From positions 1 through 52,892 of the IMG/VR virus record IMGVR_UViG_3300036791_000331: a stretch of 52,892 nt of DNA; one strand, written 5' to 3'. The notes below the pieces were generated by a model. That model had not been told where the DNA came from. It made no database searches and worked only from the letters and a program-made list of their open reading frames with translations. Positions 52,600 through 52,892 of this stretch are shown in pieces. Position numbers and translations under genes: made by a program. Positions within the stretch are counted from its first letter, which is position 1. Every line of letters starts with the position of its first letter. This stretch comes from a virus (taxonomy: Duplodnaviria > Caudoviricetes).

Positions 52600-52892
52600 A
52601 TGCAACTCGTCATTGAAGATGTCTGCGCGGCTCTCCACGGAAAGATCACCCACGACGACAAGGGCCGCCGGGTTATCCGCTGCCCTGGTCCTGGCCATTC
52701 CCGCAATGATCTCTCGCTCTCGGTCTGGGTGTCCGACGACGAGCCGGACGGGTTCGGCGTCTACTCGTTCTCAGACCAGGACCAGGACCCCATCGTCGTC
52801 AAAGACTGGGTGCGAGCCCAGATCGGCGCGCCCGCGTTCAAGCCCAACGGCAAGGCGAACGGTCACGCCAACGGCAAGGCGAACGGTCACGC
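52600..52892 (+). CDS. Primase-helicase N-terminus (Zn-binding domain); continues into window start
   Basis: RCPGPGHS..D.SLSV; GGGAG SD; in frame with 3-1616. Confidence 0.85.
   Translation, partial: MQLVIEDVCAALHGKITHDDKGRRVIRCPGPGHSRNDLSLSVWVSDDEPDGFGVYSFSDQDQDPIVVKDWVRAQIGAPAFKPNGKANGHANGKANGH
52766..52892. repeat. Terminal overlap, copy 2
   Basis: Identical to 1-127. Confidence 0.95.

Noticed and set aside
52766-52892. 127-bp terminal repeat as a physical direct terminal repeat
   Set aside because: Length equals a standard assembler k-mer, it falls mid-gene, and the HNH/P27 terminase points to cos ends near 12.6-12.7 kb

Overview
The window is a complete circularised genome (52,765 bp unique; bases 1-127 recur at 52766-52892) of a GC-rich temperate siphovirus with an HK97-type head and a GTA-like non-contractile tail. 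The host is probably an alphaproteobacterium, possibly Caulobacteraceae (inference). Modules: primase-helicase split across the contig ends with a likely origin; a long rightward operon of small accessory genes; an inverted cassette carrying a UDP-glucuronate decarboxylase (UDP-xylose synthase); HNH and a cos-like region; a ParB / radical SAM-SPASM / TAGT-type glycosyltransferase cluster coupled to terS-terL; a protease-capsid fusion, a PEP-CTERM moron, portal, head-tail and tail genes; a leftward early operon with an Imm protein; a P4-like integrase with attP-like region and excisionase; ERF, YqaJ and NinB recombination genes; cro-like, RuvC-like, PD-(D/E)XK and MT-A70 genes. The best candidate for a new system is a packaging-linked DNA glycosylation pathway in which a radical SAM enzyme occupies the position usually held by a TET/JBP dioxygenase, possibly using phage-made UDP-xylose. 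Also notable: a phage-borne PEP-CTERM protein, no recognisable endolysin or cI, two shared operator-like dyads, a TerL with no nearby canonical start codon, and a paralogue pair flanking the integrase region. All family calls come from motifs recognised by eye, not from database searches.
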